Source of the DNA: Candidatus Aminicenantes bacterium | GTDB lineage: Bacteria > Acidobacteriota > Aminicenantia > UBA2199 | Length of the DNA stretch: 64,000 nt | Assembly (NCBI GenBank): GCA_963764745.1 | Contig: CAVXTN010000012.1 | Span: forward strand, 458,416-522,415 | Direction: 5' to 3' | Shown here: piece by piece, positions 31,029 to 40,400 of the stretch | Position numbering within the stretch: position 1 is the first letter of the stretch | How the letters are laid out: each line of letters opens with the position of its first letter | The notes under the pieces: generated by a model | What the model was told of the DNA's origin: nothing | Databases searched by the model: none | Seen by the model: the letters and a program-made list of their open reading frames with translations, nothing else | Position numbers and translations under genes: made by a program

Positions 31029-31363
31029 ATGTCCTACCGCCTGGAAAAATTCGCCAGCACCCTGCACCAGGCCCTGGGGGAGATCCTGACCCGGGACAGC
31101 CTGAATCCGGATTTCAAGTTCGTCAACATCATGCGAGGTCCGGCTCGCGCCGCGACCTGAAAAAGGCGACCATCTTCATCACCTGCCCGCTGGGCGATCT
31201 CGATCGCGTTCTGGAGCAGCTCAAGCGCTCCCAGGGGTTCATCAAGAAGCAACTGGACCGGAAAATGATCCTGCGCCACATGCCCGAGCTCCAATTCCTC
31301 GCCGATGCGACCCGCGAGCTCGATCAAAAGATATCCGGCTTGCAAAATAGAAGGGGATCATGA
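31029..31363 (+). CDS. rbfA: ribosome-binding factor A, frameshifted as assembled
   Basis: ATG 31029 (MSYRLEKFASTLHQALGEIL). Two close breaks at ~31133-31165 (..VNIM | EVRLAP | DLKKATIFIT...ILRHMPELQF). Stop at 31361-31363. Confidence 0.75.
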
Positions 31364-32313
31364 AAACACGAATCGCTGAGAAGATCAGGCAGGCCGGCAC
31401 CATCGCCATCAGCTCGCATGTCCGCCCCGACGCCGATTCCATCGGCAGCGGCCTGGCCCTGTTCCTCATGCTCAGGCAATTGGGCAAGACCCCGTTTTTT
31501 TTCAACACCGATGCCGCCCCCTATCCCATCAGCAAACTGCCGGGATACGAGAACATCCGCAGCGGCCAGATCCATCCGCAGCCCTTCGACCTGGTCATCC
31601 TGATCGAGGGCGGCAGCGAGGAGCGCACCGGGCAGAAGCGCCTGCAGGATTATTTTTGCATCAACATCGACCACCACGCCAGCTCGCAGCGAGGATAGCG
31701 ACATCAACTGGGTGGTCGCGGAGGCCGCCGCGGTGGGAGAACTCATCTACGAGCTCGGGCTGGAATTGGCGGTGGAATTTGAGCCGCGACATCGCCTTCA
31801 ACCTGTACGCGGCCATCGCCGCGGATACCGGCTCGTTCAAGTATTCCAACACCACCCCGAAGGCGCTGGCCATCGCCGCCGACCTGGCCGTGCGCGGCGG
31901 CATCGCCCCGTTCGCGGTCAGCGACCTGTTGTTCAACTCCAATCCGCCGGAAAAGATCCGCATGCTGACCCGGGTCCTGTCCACCCTGGAATTGGCCCTG
32001 GACGGGCGCGTGGCCATGATCCATTTCCAGCGCGAATTCCTGAGCCGGCTCAACCTGAAAGACATCGAAACCGAGGATATCATCGCCATCGCGCGCTCCA
32101 TCGACGGGGTGCAGGTGCTGCTGTTTCTTCAAGGAGATCGCCGACGATTATTTCCGCATCTCCATCCGCTCCCGCGCCGATTTTTCCGCCCGCCAGGTCG
32201 CCCAGGCGTTCAACGGCGGCGGCCATCACCAGGCGGCCGGCTTCTTTTTCAGCGGCGACCTGGCCGCCGCCAAAAAGGAGATCCTGCGGCTGGTCTCGGC
32301 CCAGCTCCAATGA
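31360..32313 (+). CDS. nrnA: DHH/DHHA1 phosphoesterase, NrnA-like oligoribonuclease/pAp phosphatase, frameshifted as assembled
   Basis: Motifs HVRPDADSIGS, IDHH, AIAADTGSFKYSNT and GGGHHQAAGF. Breaks at ~31690, ~31780 and ~32125. Stop at 32311-32313. Canonical rbfA-nrnA-truB order. Confidence 0.75.
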
Positions 32314-33229
32314 TCCATGGCCTGATCGCCGTCAACAAGGAAAAGGGCATCAGTTCCCACGCCCTGGTGGCCCGCATCCGCCGCCTCTTCGACACCAAGA
32401 AGGCGGGCCATTTCGGCACCCTCGATCCCAACGCCACCGGCCTGCTGCTCATCGCCCTGGGCCAGGCCACCCGTTTTTTCGATTTTTACGTCAAGCAGGA
32501 CAAGCTGTATTCCGGCCTCATCCGTTTCGGTTACGCCACCAGCACCTACGATTCCGAGGGAAAACCGCGGGAAGCCAAGCAGGAAGTCGACCTGGGCAAG
32601 ATCGACCTGGAAGCCCTGCTGGCCGGCTTCCGCGGCGAGCAGATGCAACTGCCGCCGGCGTTTTCCGCCAAGAAATTCAAGGGCAAACCGCTGTACAGCT
32701 ATGCCCGCCGCCAGCAGGAAGTGCCCATCAATGCCGTGGCGGTCAGCATCCATGAGTTGACCGGCGCGGGTGGTCGACCACGAGACCCTGGAATTCAGGG
32801 CCCTGACGTCGTCCGGGACCTACATCCGCTCTCTGGCCCACGACCTCGGCCAAAAGGTCGGAGTCGGGGCATACCTGCTGGAATTGAAAAGGGAAAGCAT
32901 CGGCTCTGTTCAGCCTGGAACAGGCGAAGACGCTGGACGAGATCGAAACCCTGGCGGAAGCCGGCAACGCCCTGCAGGCGGTGATCCCGATCGAAATGCT
33001 CCTGGACGAGTATTCCAAAATGATCGTCAACCAGACCGGCCGGCGCTGCATCTGCAACGGCATGGCGTTGAAAGCCTCCGACGTGCTGAAAATATTCCCG
33101 GCCCCGAACACCGATTATTTCCGCATCTTCGATGACGAGGGCAAGCTGCTGGCCATCGCCCAAAAAGAACCGCAGGCCATGAGCTTCAAGCCGTACCTGG
33201 TGATTCCCGAAGAAGATAAAACCCTCTAA
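32310..33229 (+). CDS. truB: tRNA pseudouridine(55) synthase, frameshifted as assembled
   Basis: Motifs [28 protein letters not shown] (catalytic Asp), [14 protein letters not shown]. Breaks at ~32765 and ~32905. The C-terminal PUA-like part lies in ORF 32981..33229. Confidence 0.85.
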
Positions 33230-33258
33230 AGGCTGGTAGTCCCCGGACAACCCCGCGG

Positions 33259-35505
33259 TTACCTCAGATCGAACTCTCCGCTCATGTCGGCGACACTCAC
33301 CCGGAAAGCGCCGGGTTCGGCGAACCGTTTATTGTCGAGGCCGATGAACGACAAATCGTCCGCTGTCAAGGCAAAGGAAACCGTCCGGCTCTCGCCCGGC
33401 TCCAGCGCAACTTTTGCAAATTTCTTCAATTGCTTGTTGGCGGCGGACACCGACCGTACAAGATCGCTCACATACACCTGCACGACTTCTTTCCCGGCGC
33501 GGGCGCCGGTATTCTTCACCGTCACGGCGACCGTCAGCGAACCGCCCCGGGGCATCGTCTTTGCGCTCAGCGCGAGACCGGAGCAGGCGAACGTCGTATA
33601 GCTCAATCCGTGTCCGAATTTAAATTCCGGATCGTAGGCGTTTCCATCAACCGCTTCGAGCAACTTGTGATCGTACGACACCAGCGAATTTGGATAGCGG
33701 GGATAGGAGAACGGCAGCTTGCCGCTCGGGTTGGCATCGCCGAACAGGATCGCTGCGGCCGCTTTGCCCCCCTCCATGCCCGGCAAATACGTCATCACGA
33801 TGCCGTCACAGAGTCCCGCGATCCGGCGGATGATGCGCGGACGGCCTTCCGTAAGGACGAGCACGATCGGCTTCTTCGTTTTGGCAAGTTCTTCCACAAG
33901 CCGTAACTGTGCTTCATCCAGGGTCAGATCATCAATATTGCCCGGTGTCTCGCAATAGGCCTTTTCGCCAAGGCAGGCAACGATGACATCCGCTTTTTCC
34001 GCCGCCGCGACCGCGGCCGGAACATCGATCGCCGTGTTGAAACCGGTCCCCGGCACATAGGCAACGGCATTCTTGCCGGCTTTTTCCGTGATCGCGGCCA
34101 GCAGCGTCAGCTTGTCCTTGGGATAGCGATCCTCCGCGTCCCCCTGCCAGGTGATCGTCCACCCGCCGTTGAGAACCGAAAGCAAATTCGCGGTCGGTCC
34201 CGTCACCAGGATCCGGGCGTCCTTCTTCAGCGGCAATATCCTGTTGTCGTTCTTGAGGAGCGTGATCGCTTCCAGCGCGGACTGGAGGTTCGCTTCCGTT
34301 GACTCCCTTGATCCGACGCTTGCCTTCAACGATTTCTCAGGATACGCGTTCTCAAAGATCCCCGTCAAAAACTTGACGCGCAGGATTCTCCGGACGGCAT
34401 CGTCAATTCTGGATATCGGCACTTTGCCTTCCTTGGCCAGTTCAAGAAGCAGGTCATAAAAGCTGAAATCGAGCGGTACCATGCTCATGTCGATTCCGGC
34501 CATGACGGCCATGTGGACCGCCTCTTTGGGCGATTCGGCAACATGTTCACGTGAATACAGGCGCTTGATGTCTTCCCAATCCGAGACCACAAACCCCTGG
34601 AAATTCCATTCGTCCTTGAGGACCTCGGTCAGTAGATGGTAATTCGCATGGCCCGGAATGCCGTTGACCTCGCCCGAGTTCGCCATTACCGTGGGCGCGC
34701 CGGCTTTCACCGCTGCTGCGAATGCGGGCAGAAACACTTCACGCATCGTCCGCTCGTCGATGAAGGCAGGTGTCCGGTCTTTGCCCGTGAAGGGGAAACC
34801 GTATCCGACGTAGTGTTTCAAGCAGGAAGCCATCTTGTTCCTGGCGCCAAAATCGTCACCCTGAAGTCCTTTGATGTATTCGACGCCCATGGTTGTGGCC
34901 AGGTAAACATCTTCGCCCAGTGTCTCCCAGAACCGGGGCCACAGTGGCTGGCGTCCCATGTCGAGCACGGGATAAAAATTCCACGGGATGCCGGAAGCTC
35001 TCGCTTCCAGCGCAGTGATTTCTCCTTCCCGGCGCGCCAATTCCGGATTCCACGAAGCCGCCATGGCGATCGCCTGCGGAAAGAGCGTGGCACCCTTCGT
35101 GTAGGTGGCACCATGAATGGCATCAATGCCATAGAGAACCGGAATATGAAGACGCGATTTTTTTGTGGCCACATCCTGGATCGCTGAAATGACTTCGTGC
35201 CACTGATCGACGCTGTACGCGTATTCGACGGCATTGAAGATCGATCCGACATGATACTGCAGAATGGCCTTTTCCAGCTTGGCCCGGTCGATTCCGTACG
35301 GCTCGACCTTCCCATCCATGTCCTTTGTAACGACCTCAATCGTCACCTGCGTCATCTGGCCGACTTTTTCTTCCAGCGTCATTTGCTTCAGCAGATCCTC
35401 GACACGCAAGTCCACGTCCGCCTGCCTCGCCCATTGCGCCGCCGCGGAAGCGGGCGGTGCGAAAACCGTTAGCGCAATTGCCATCGATAGTGCAAGAGTT
35501 TTCAT
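33259..35505 (-). CDS. bglX: glycoside hydrolase family 3 beta-glucosidase, periplasmic BglX-like
   Basis: 748-aa intact ORF with a signal peptide (ALSMAIALTVFAPPASAAA). GH3 motifs are GIDAIHG, KHYVGYG and the nucleophile region GFVVSDWEDI. Has a C-terminal FnIII-like domain. Confidence 0.85.
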   Translation of the reverse strand: MKTLALSMAIALTVFAPPASAAAQWARQADVDLRVEDLLKQMTLEEKVGQMTQVTIEVVTKDMDGKVEPYGIDRAKLEKAILQYHVGSIFNAVEYAYSVDQWHEVISAIQDVATKKSRLHIPVLYGIDAIHGATYTKGATLFPQAIAMAASWNPELARREGEITALEARASGIPWNFYPVLDMGRQPLWPRFWETLGEDVYLATTMGVEYIKGLQGDDFGARNKMASCLKHYVGYGFPFTGKDRTPAFIDERTMREVFLPAFAAAVKAGAPTVMANSGEVNGIPGHANYHLLTEVLKDEWNFQGFVVSDWEDIKRLYSREHVAESPKEAVHMAVMAGIDMSMVPLDFSFYDLLLELAKEGKVPISRIDDAVRRILRVKFLTGIFENAYPEKSLKASVGSRESTEANLQSALEAITLLKNDNRILPLKKDARILVTGPTANLLSVLNGGWTITWQGDAEDRYPKDKLTLLAAITEKAGKNAVAYVPGTGFNTAIDVPAAVAAAEKADVIVACLGEKAYCETPGNIDDLTLDEAQLRLVEELAKTKKPIVLVLTEGRPRIIRRIAGLCDGIVMTYLPGMEGGKAAAAILFGDANPSGKLPFSYPRYPNSLVSYDHKLLEAVDGNAYDPEFKFGHGLSYTTFACSGLALSAKTMPRGGSLTVAVTVKNTGARAGKEVVQVYVSDLVRSVSAANKQLKKFAKVALEPGESRTVSFALTADDLSFIGLDNKRFAEPGAFRVSVADMSGEFDLR

Positions 35506-35600
35506 ATGGATTTTTCCTCTAATTCAATGTAAGAAGTATTGCTAAAAATGTCAATGCGCAAGCAGGGCCGGCAGCCGCTGAAGATGGTCGGGGCAACCCT

Positions 35601-36526
35601 CTAAAGAAAATATTCGCCGCGGCAAATCAGGCGGGTGATATTGTGGATGAAGATCCCCTGCTTCCAGCTGAGAGCAATCTTCTCGGGGCCAAGATCGATG
35701 TCCAGGCGGTCACGGACCATTCCCAGCCGCCGCAGGACGGCGAACACGGCGGCGCTGCCCGTGGATGAGGCCAGGGTCGGCCCGACTCCCCGCTCATAAA
35801 AAAAGACCCGGCAACTTGCGGGCCGCAAGGCCGCTGACCCCACCGGGGGGCTTGCGGGCCGTAAGGCCGCTGACCCCACTGGGGGACTTGCGGGCCGCAA
35901 GGCCGCTGACCCCCCGCGGGGGTCTTCAGGGCCGCTGAAATGAACAAATTCCACGTTGACGCGCTTGGGGAACCAGGGGTGGCTTTCCAGCTTTTTCCCC
36001 AGTACCGCCAGGCGGGCCGGGGCCAGGGCCTGTGGACAAAGGACGACGGCATGGGGGTTGCCGACCGAAACCGGATAAAATTCCAGGCCGTCGATCTCGT
36101 AGCGAGTCCCGCTTGTCCTTCAGAAAAGGGAAAAATTGGCGGCTGGGAAAAATCGGGCCGGCCGATCTCCACGTTCAACTGGAAGACCGGGCCGCGGCGG
36201 TCCAGAAGTTCGACCCGCCTGGTCCCGATGGCGGCATGGAGGACCAGGGGCGACGGGGCCAGGCGGCGCTGAAAAAGCACGGCGGCCAGGCCGGCCATGC
36301 CGTTGCCCGACAATTCGGCCTCGCCGCCGTCGCGGTTAAAGATCTCGAAATTGATGCTCATGCTTCCCCAGGCCCGGTAAAAGACCACGCCGTCGGCGCC
36401 CACCCCGCGCTGGCGGTCGCAGATCTCCGCGGCCAGGGCGCCTTTATTGGCCACCCCGGCCGGCAGGTCGGCGACGTCGATTTCAATGAAATCGTTGCCG
36501 AACGAGCTGGTCTTGTAAAAGATCAT
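35601..36526 (-). CDS. dapF: diaminopimelate epimerase (DapF) family protein with Ser at both catalytic Cys positions and an in-frame repeat insertion; one frameshift as assembled
   Basis: Met at 36526 ([17 protein letters not shown]). DapF-colinear motifs are GADGVVF, FNRDGGEAELSGNG, VSVGNPHAVV and YERGVGPTLASSTGSAA. Break at ~36105. The 108-nt repeat lies at 35815-35922. ATGA overlap with the htrA stop. Confidence 0.75.
35815..35922. repeat. 3 x 36-nt head-to-tail palindrome-containing tandem repeat inside the dapF-like ORF
   Basis: Units 35815-35850, 35851-35886 and 35887-35922, consensus CTTGCGGGCCG(C/T)AAGGCCGCTGACCCCAC(C/T)GGGGG(G/A); unit 3 has a variant tail, CCCCCCGCGGGGG. Translated on the minus strand as GSAALRPASPPV x3. 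Confidence 0.9.
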
Positions 36527-37960
36527 TCCGGCAGGGCAAACGGAACGTACACCTCGTCGCCGTCGCGGTTGATCAGCAGCATGACCATGGAGCCGCTGCG
36601 GCGGCTGGCCAGGACGCGCTTGAACTGCTCCACGCTGTCGATCTCGGTGCGGTTGACGGCCAGGATGACGTCCCCGGACTTGATGCCGTTTTCGGCAGCG
36701 GCGCCGCCCCGGTCCACGTTCTCGACCACCAGGCCCTTCGGCGGTTTTCAATTCGTATTCCCGGGCCAGGGCGGGCGTGTTCTTGACCAGGGTCATGCCC
36801 AGGTTCAGGCTCTTGCTTTCCGCCACGGACCTGTTCCTTTACGGCATCCGGGGCTTCGCTGACCTTGATCTTGATGGTCTGCTTGTCCTTGTTGCGGAAG
36901 AAGGTGACGCTGATCTCGTCGCCGGGAGCCGAATTGGCGATCTCCATCATCAGGTCGGACGCCGACTTGACCGCTTTGCCGTTGATGGCCACGATCAGGT
37001 CGTAGCGCTTCAGGCCCGCCTTCTGGGCCGGGGAATTGTCCTCCACCTTCATGACCAGCGCGCCGCCCGAGGCCAGTTCCAGGTCCTTGGCGTCGCTTTC
37101 GCTGATATCCTGGATCTGGATGCCGAACCAGCCGCGCACCACCTTGCCCTTGGACTTCAGGTCGGCCACCACCTTCTTGGCCATGTTGGACGGGAATGGC
37201 GAAGCCGATGCCGATGTTGCCGGCGCTGGGTGTCAGGATGGTGGAATTGATGCCGATGGCCTCGCCCTTCATGTTGATCAGCGGCCCGCCCGAGTTGCCC
37301 ATGTTGATGGCGGCGTCGGTCTGCAGGAAATCCTCGAATTGGGCCAGCCCGAGCTGCCGGCCCTTGGCCGAGATGATCCCGGCAGGTGACCGTCAGGTCC
37401 TGGCCGAAGGGGTTGCCGATGGCCAGGACCCACTCGCCCACTTCCTCGGCGCTGGAATCCCCCAGGTCGATGTAGGGGACGTTCTTGACGTTGATCTTGA
37501 GCAGCGCCAGGTCGGTCTTGGGATCGGTGCCGATGATCTTGGCCGTGAATTCCTCCTTGTCGATGTTGAAGATCTTGACCTTGACGGCATCCTTGACCAC
37601 ATGGTTGTTGGTCAGGATATAGCCGTCGGCGGAGATGAAAAATCCCGAACCTTCGCCGGAACGCTTTTCCTGGCGCTGCGGGGCGTTGAAAAACTGGTCG
37701 AAAAAATCATCGCCGAACATGGGAGCGCTTGGTCACGACGGATTCGGAGATCACCTTCAGCACCGCCGGCTTCACCTTCCTGACGATCGCTACGAAGCTG
37801 CCGGCCACGGACGGCGCGGCGCGACCGTTTCGGCCCTGGCCACGGCCGGGCTCATAATGGGCTGATTATTGACTGATTTCTGCAAAAAACCGAAACTGAG
37901 CGCGAAAAAAATCGCCCCGGCCAAAAAACTGGCCCCGGCGATCAAACCGATTTTTTTCAT
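36523..37960 (-). CDS. htrA: HtrA/DegP-family periplasmic serine protease with two PDZ domains, multiply frameshifted as assembled
   Basis: ATG 37960 with signal/TM segment ([21 protein letters not shown]). Catalytic triad context TNNHVV, DLALLK, GNSGGPL. PDZ1 lies in 36573..37184 and PDZ2 in 36523..36729. About 6 breaks (~37820, ~37722, ~37385, ~37195, ~36795, ~36730). Confidence 0.8.
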
Positions 37961-38017
37961 GGTATCCTCCTTTCCTTATATAGAAATATTAAGACGCGAA
38001 AAAGCCTGCAAAAAGTT

Positions 38018-39205
38018 TCATTGCTTGCCCAGGCTCTGGATGAAATTGATGATGCCCAGGTACAGCCCGGCGGCAACGGCCTGGCGGTACTCCGGCGCGC
38101 CCAGGCGCCTGGCCTCGTCGCGGTTGCTGAGGAAAGAGACCTCGACCAGGGCCGAGGGCATCTGCGCGCCCAGCAGCACGTAAAAGGGCGCTTTCTTGAC
38201 CCCCAGGTTCTCGATGGCGTCGTATTTGCGCTGCAGGTTGGCGACCATGCTTCCCTGGATGAACTGGGAAAGGATCCGCGATTCGGAGATCTTGCTGTTC
38301 TGCAGGATCTGGTCCAGGATGGTGCGCATCTCGGCCATGGACTTGCTGCTCATGGCGTTCTCCGGCGCGGCCACTTCCATGGCCCGCGGATCGGCGGTCA
38401 TGTTCAGGTAGTAGGATTCCACGCCCGCGGGCGGACAGCCGCGGCGCCGAGTTGGTGTGGATGGAGACGAAGATGTCGCCCTGGTTGGAGTTGGCGATGG
38501 CCGCCCGCTCCTCCAGGGGAACGATACTCGTCGCGGGGGCGGGTGAGGATGATCTCGAATTCACTGTGTTCGTTCAAGATGGCGTTCAGCCGCTTGCCGA
38601 TATCCAGGGTGATGTCTTTTTCCTGCATGCCGAGGAGGCGGTTGACCGTGCCCGGGTCCTTGCCGCCGTGGCCAGGGTCGATGACGATGCGGTGGACGCC
38701 GAGCCCGAGCTGGCGGGCGATGGAAGGGCTGCCTTCGCGGGCGGGGATTTCCTGCACCTGCGCCTGCTCCCGTTCCTGCTGGCCGTGGCTGACGAATTCG
38801 GCCCGGCGGTAGATGTCAAAGACGATGCGGAAAGGGGAAGTCAGGTAGAAACGGTTGTATTTGCCGATCTGGTCGAAATCGAAGACCACGCGGATGGTCT
38901 GGGCTTGCCATTTGCCGATGCGGATGCGCTGCAGGTTCCCGGTCTGGATCCTGATCTCATTCATCTTTTCGAAAGGGTAATCGACGGCAGAAGCGGCAGT
39001 TCTTCAGGTCAAAGAAAAGGCGGCCGCTCTCGCCGCCCTTGAGGACTTTTTCGGCGATCTTGATGTCGCCGCTCAGGTCCAGAACCACGCGCGTGTATTC
39101 GGGATAAGAATAATAGCGGATGTTCTGGAGTCTGACCGGCCCCCTGGCCTGCAGGCCAATGGCGGCCGCCAGCATGAAAAGGATTCCCAAAATGCGTTTC
39201 AGCAC
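38018..39205 (-). CDS. N-acetylmuramoyl-L-alanine amidase with N-terminal AMIN domain, frameshifted as assembled
   Basis: GTG 39205 with signal peptide. AMIN domain (RYYSYPEYTRVVLDL...RIVFD). Amidase_3 motifs are IVIDPGHGGKDPG, FVSIHTNS and VEVSFLSN. Breaks at ~38975, ~38525 and ~38415. Confidence 0.75.
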
Positions 39206-39211
39206 GGCTAT

Positions 39212-39240
39212 ACTGTACTAAAAATCCAATGTAAAATCAA
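39212..39240 (-). promoter_or_regulatory. candidate sigma70-like promoter for the amidase gene
   Basis: Minus strand reads TTGATT (39240-39235), 17 nt, TACAGT (39217-39212). Only 6 nt then separate it from the GTG at 39205. Confidence 0.3.
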
Positions 39241-39620
39241 CAGCCGCCGGCGGGAAGCGGGCTCAAGCGATCTTATTTTCCACCGGGCCCGGAATATTTC
39301 TTGGCCGGCCGTTGCCCGGCCTTGGGAATTTTGCGGGCCGGTCCGTTGCAAGTTTTCTTCACGGTTGCTTGTCCCCCAGGGGATGGCGGTTCCGACCTGG
39401 CGTCTTGTGTTCTTGAACTGGTTGACAAAATTTTTAGCGCCCATGTTTTAACCGGGATGCGATCATACCACGAATCGTCAGAATTTGCGAATCTACTGCC
39501 AAGGCGCTCGCAAAATCCCTCTCTCCCCCCTTACATTGTGACCCTATAAAAAAAACAGCTTGCTACTATAATGTATCCGGGCCGGGCATAAAACAATCGG
39601 GGAATTCCCTAAGTCCGGGC

Positions 39621-39753
39621 TCTAAAAACCTTAGTTGAAGAAGTAGTCAGTAGTCAGAAATCAGTAGAAAAGCACTTCAACGAATTAGAATAAGAAAAAG
39701 CACGCGCGGTTTTCTTACTACTGTCTACTGACTACTGACTACTGACTAGTAAG
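39621..39753 (-). terminator. very long hairpin built from TAGTCAG/CTGACTA heptamers plus T-run; probable terminator of the kinase/regulator operon
   Basis: Begins 3 nt after the regulator stop. A 16-bp perfect core pairs 39642-39657 with 39728-39743, with a further 6-bp extension (39662-39667 with 39718-39723). On the minus strand the hairpin is followed by GG TTTTT (39628-39624). Confidence 0.5.
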
Positions 39754-39755
39754 CC

Positions 39756-40400
39756 TCACATATCCAGGGAAGTGATCCCCTCCTTGATGGCGTACTTGGT
39801 CAGCTCGGCGATGCTGAAGATGTTCAGCTTCTCCATGATGTGCTGGCGGTGCGTTTCCACCGTCTTGACCGACACTTTCAGCTGGTCGGCGATGCGCTTG
39901 GTGGTGCTGCCCTCGGCCAGGAGCTGCAGGATCTCCTTTTCGCGCGGGCTGAGCAGCGAGGGCTCGCTTTTGCGCATGCGCTGGATATAGTCGCGGATCA
40001 CCACCCCGGAGATCATGGAACAAAGATAGGTCCGGCCCGAGATCACCTGGCGAATGGCCTGGATCAGCTCGTCGAAGGCGCAGTCCTTGAGCAGGTAGCC
40101 CATGGCCCCGGCTTCGAACATGCCGGCCACGAAACGCTTGTCGGCGTGCATCGACAGGGCGATGATGCGGCAGCCCCATTCCTTGGCCGCGATCTGGCGC
40201 GTGGCGTCCATGCCGTTCAGGTCATCCATGGAGATGTCCATGATGATGATGTCGGGGCGCAGCTGCTCGGCCAGTCGGATGGTTTCGCGGCCGTTCTTCG
40301 CCTCGGCGATCACTTCGAAGCCTTTTTCCTTCTCCAGCAGGAGGCGCAAGCCGTCGCGCATGATCTTGTGGTCATCGGCAATGAGGATCTTCACGCTCAT
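39756..40400 (-). CDS. NarL/FixJ-family response regulator (REC + LuxR-type HTH)
   Basis: Met at 40400 in ORF 39756..40982. Reads ILIADDH...IIIMDISMDD..G, followed by LSPREKEILQLLAEGSTTKRIADQLKVSVKTVETHR. ATGA overlap with the kinase stop. Confidence 0.9.
   Translation of the reverse strand: MSVKILIADDHKIMRDGLRLLLEKEKGFEVIAEAKNGRETIRLAEQLRPDIIIMDISMDDLNGMDATRQIAAKEWGCRIIALSMHADKRFVAGMFEAGAMGYLLKDCAFDELIQAIRQVISGRTYLCSMISGVVIRDYIQRMRKSEPSLLSPREKEILQLLAEGSTTKRIADQLKVSVKTVETHRQHIMEKLNIFSIAELTKYAIKEGITSLDM

Noticed and set aside
24095-33229. Programmed frameshifting or recoding as an explanation for the split translation-factor genes.
   Set aside because: The breaks occur in both directions, at non-conserved positions and sometimes as nearby compensating pairs. 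They lack slippery-heptamer-plus-structure signatures. Sequencing indels are the simpler explanation.
35815-35922. 36-nt direct repeats with internal dyad symmetry, as a possible mini-CRISPR array.
   Set aside because: The units are contiguous with no spacers. There are only three copies, they lie inside a conserved ORF and in frame, and no cas genes are in the window.
35627-36826. A 399-aa ORF spanning the htrA/dapF junction.
   Set aside because: It is a chimera. Its N-terminus is a shifted-frame piece of htrA PDZ-linker sequence, its middle is out-of-frame htrA, and its C-terminal part is dapF until the next frame break. The genuine genes are htrA (stop 36523) and dapF-like (start 36526).
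39208-39549. ORFs 39208..39444 (-) and 39301..39549 (+) in the large intergenic region.
   Set aside because: They overlap each other on opposite strands. They have no recognisable domains, no SD and odd composition. The region is treated as non-coding.
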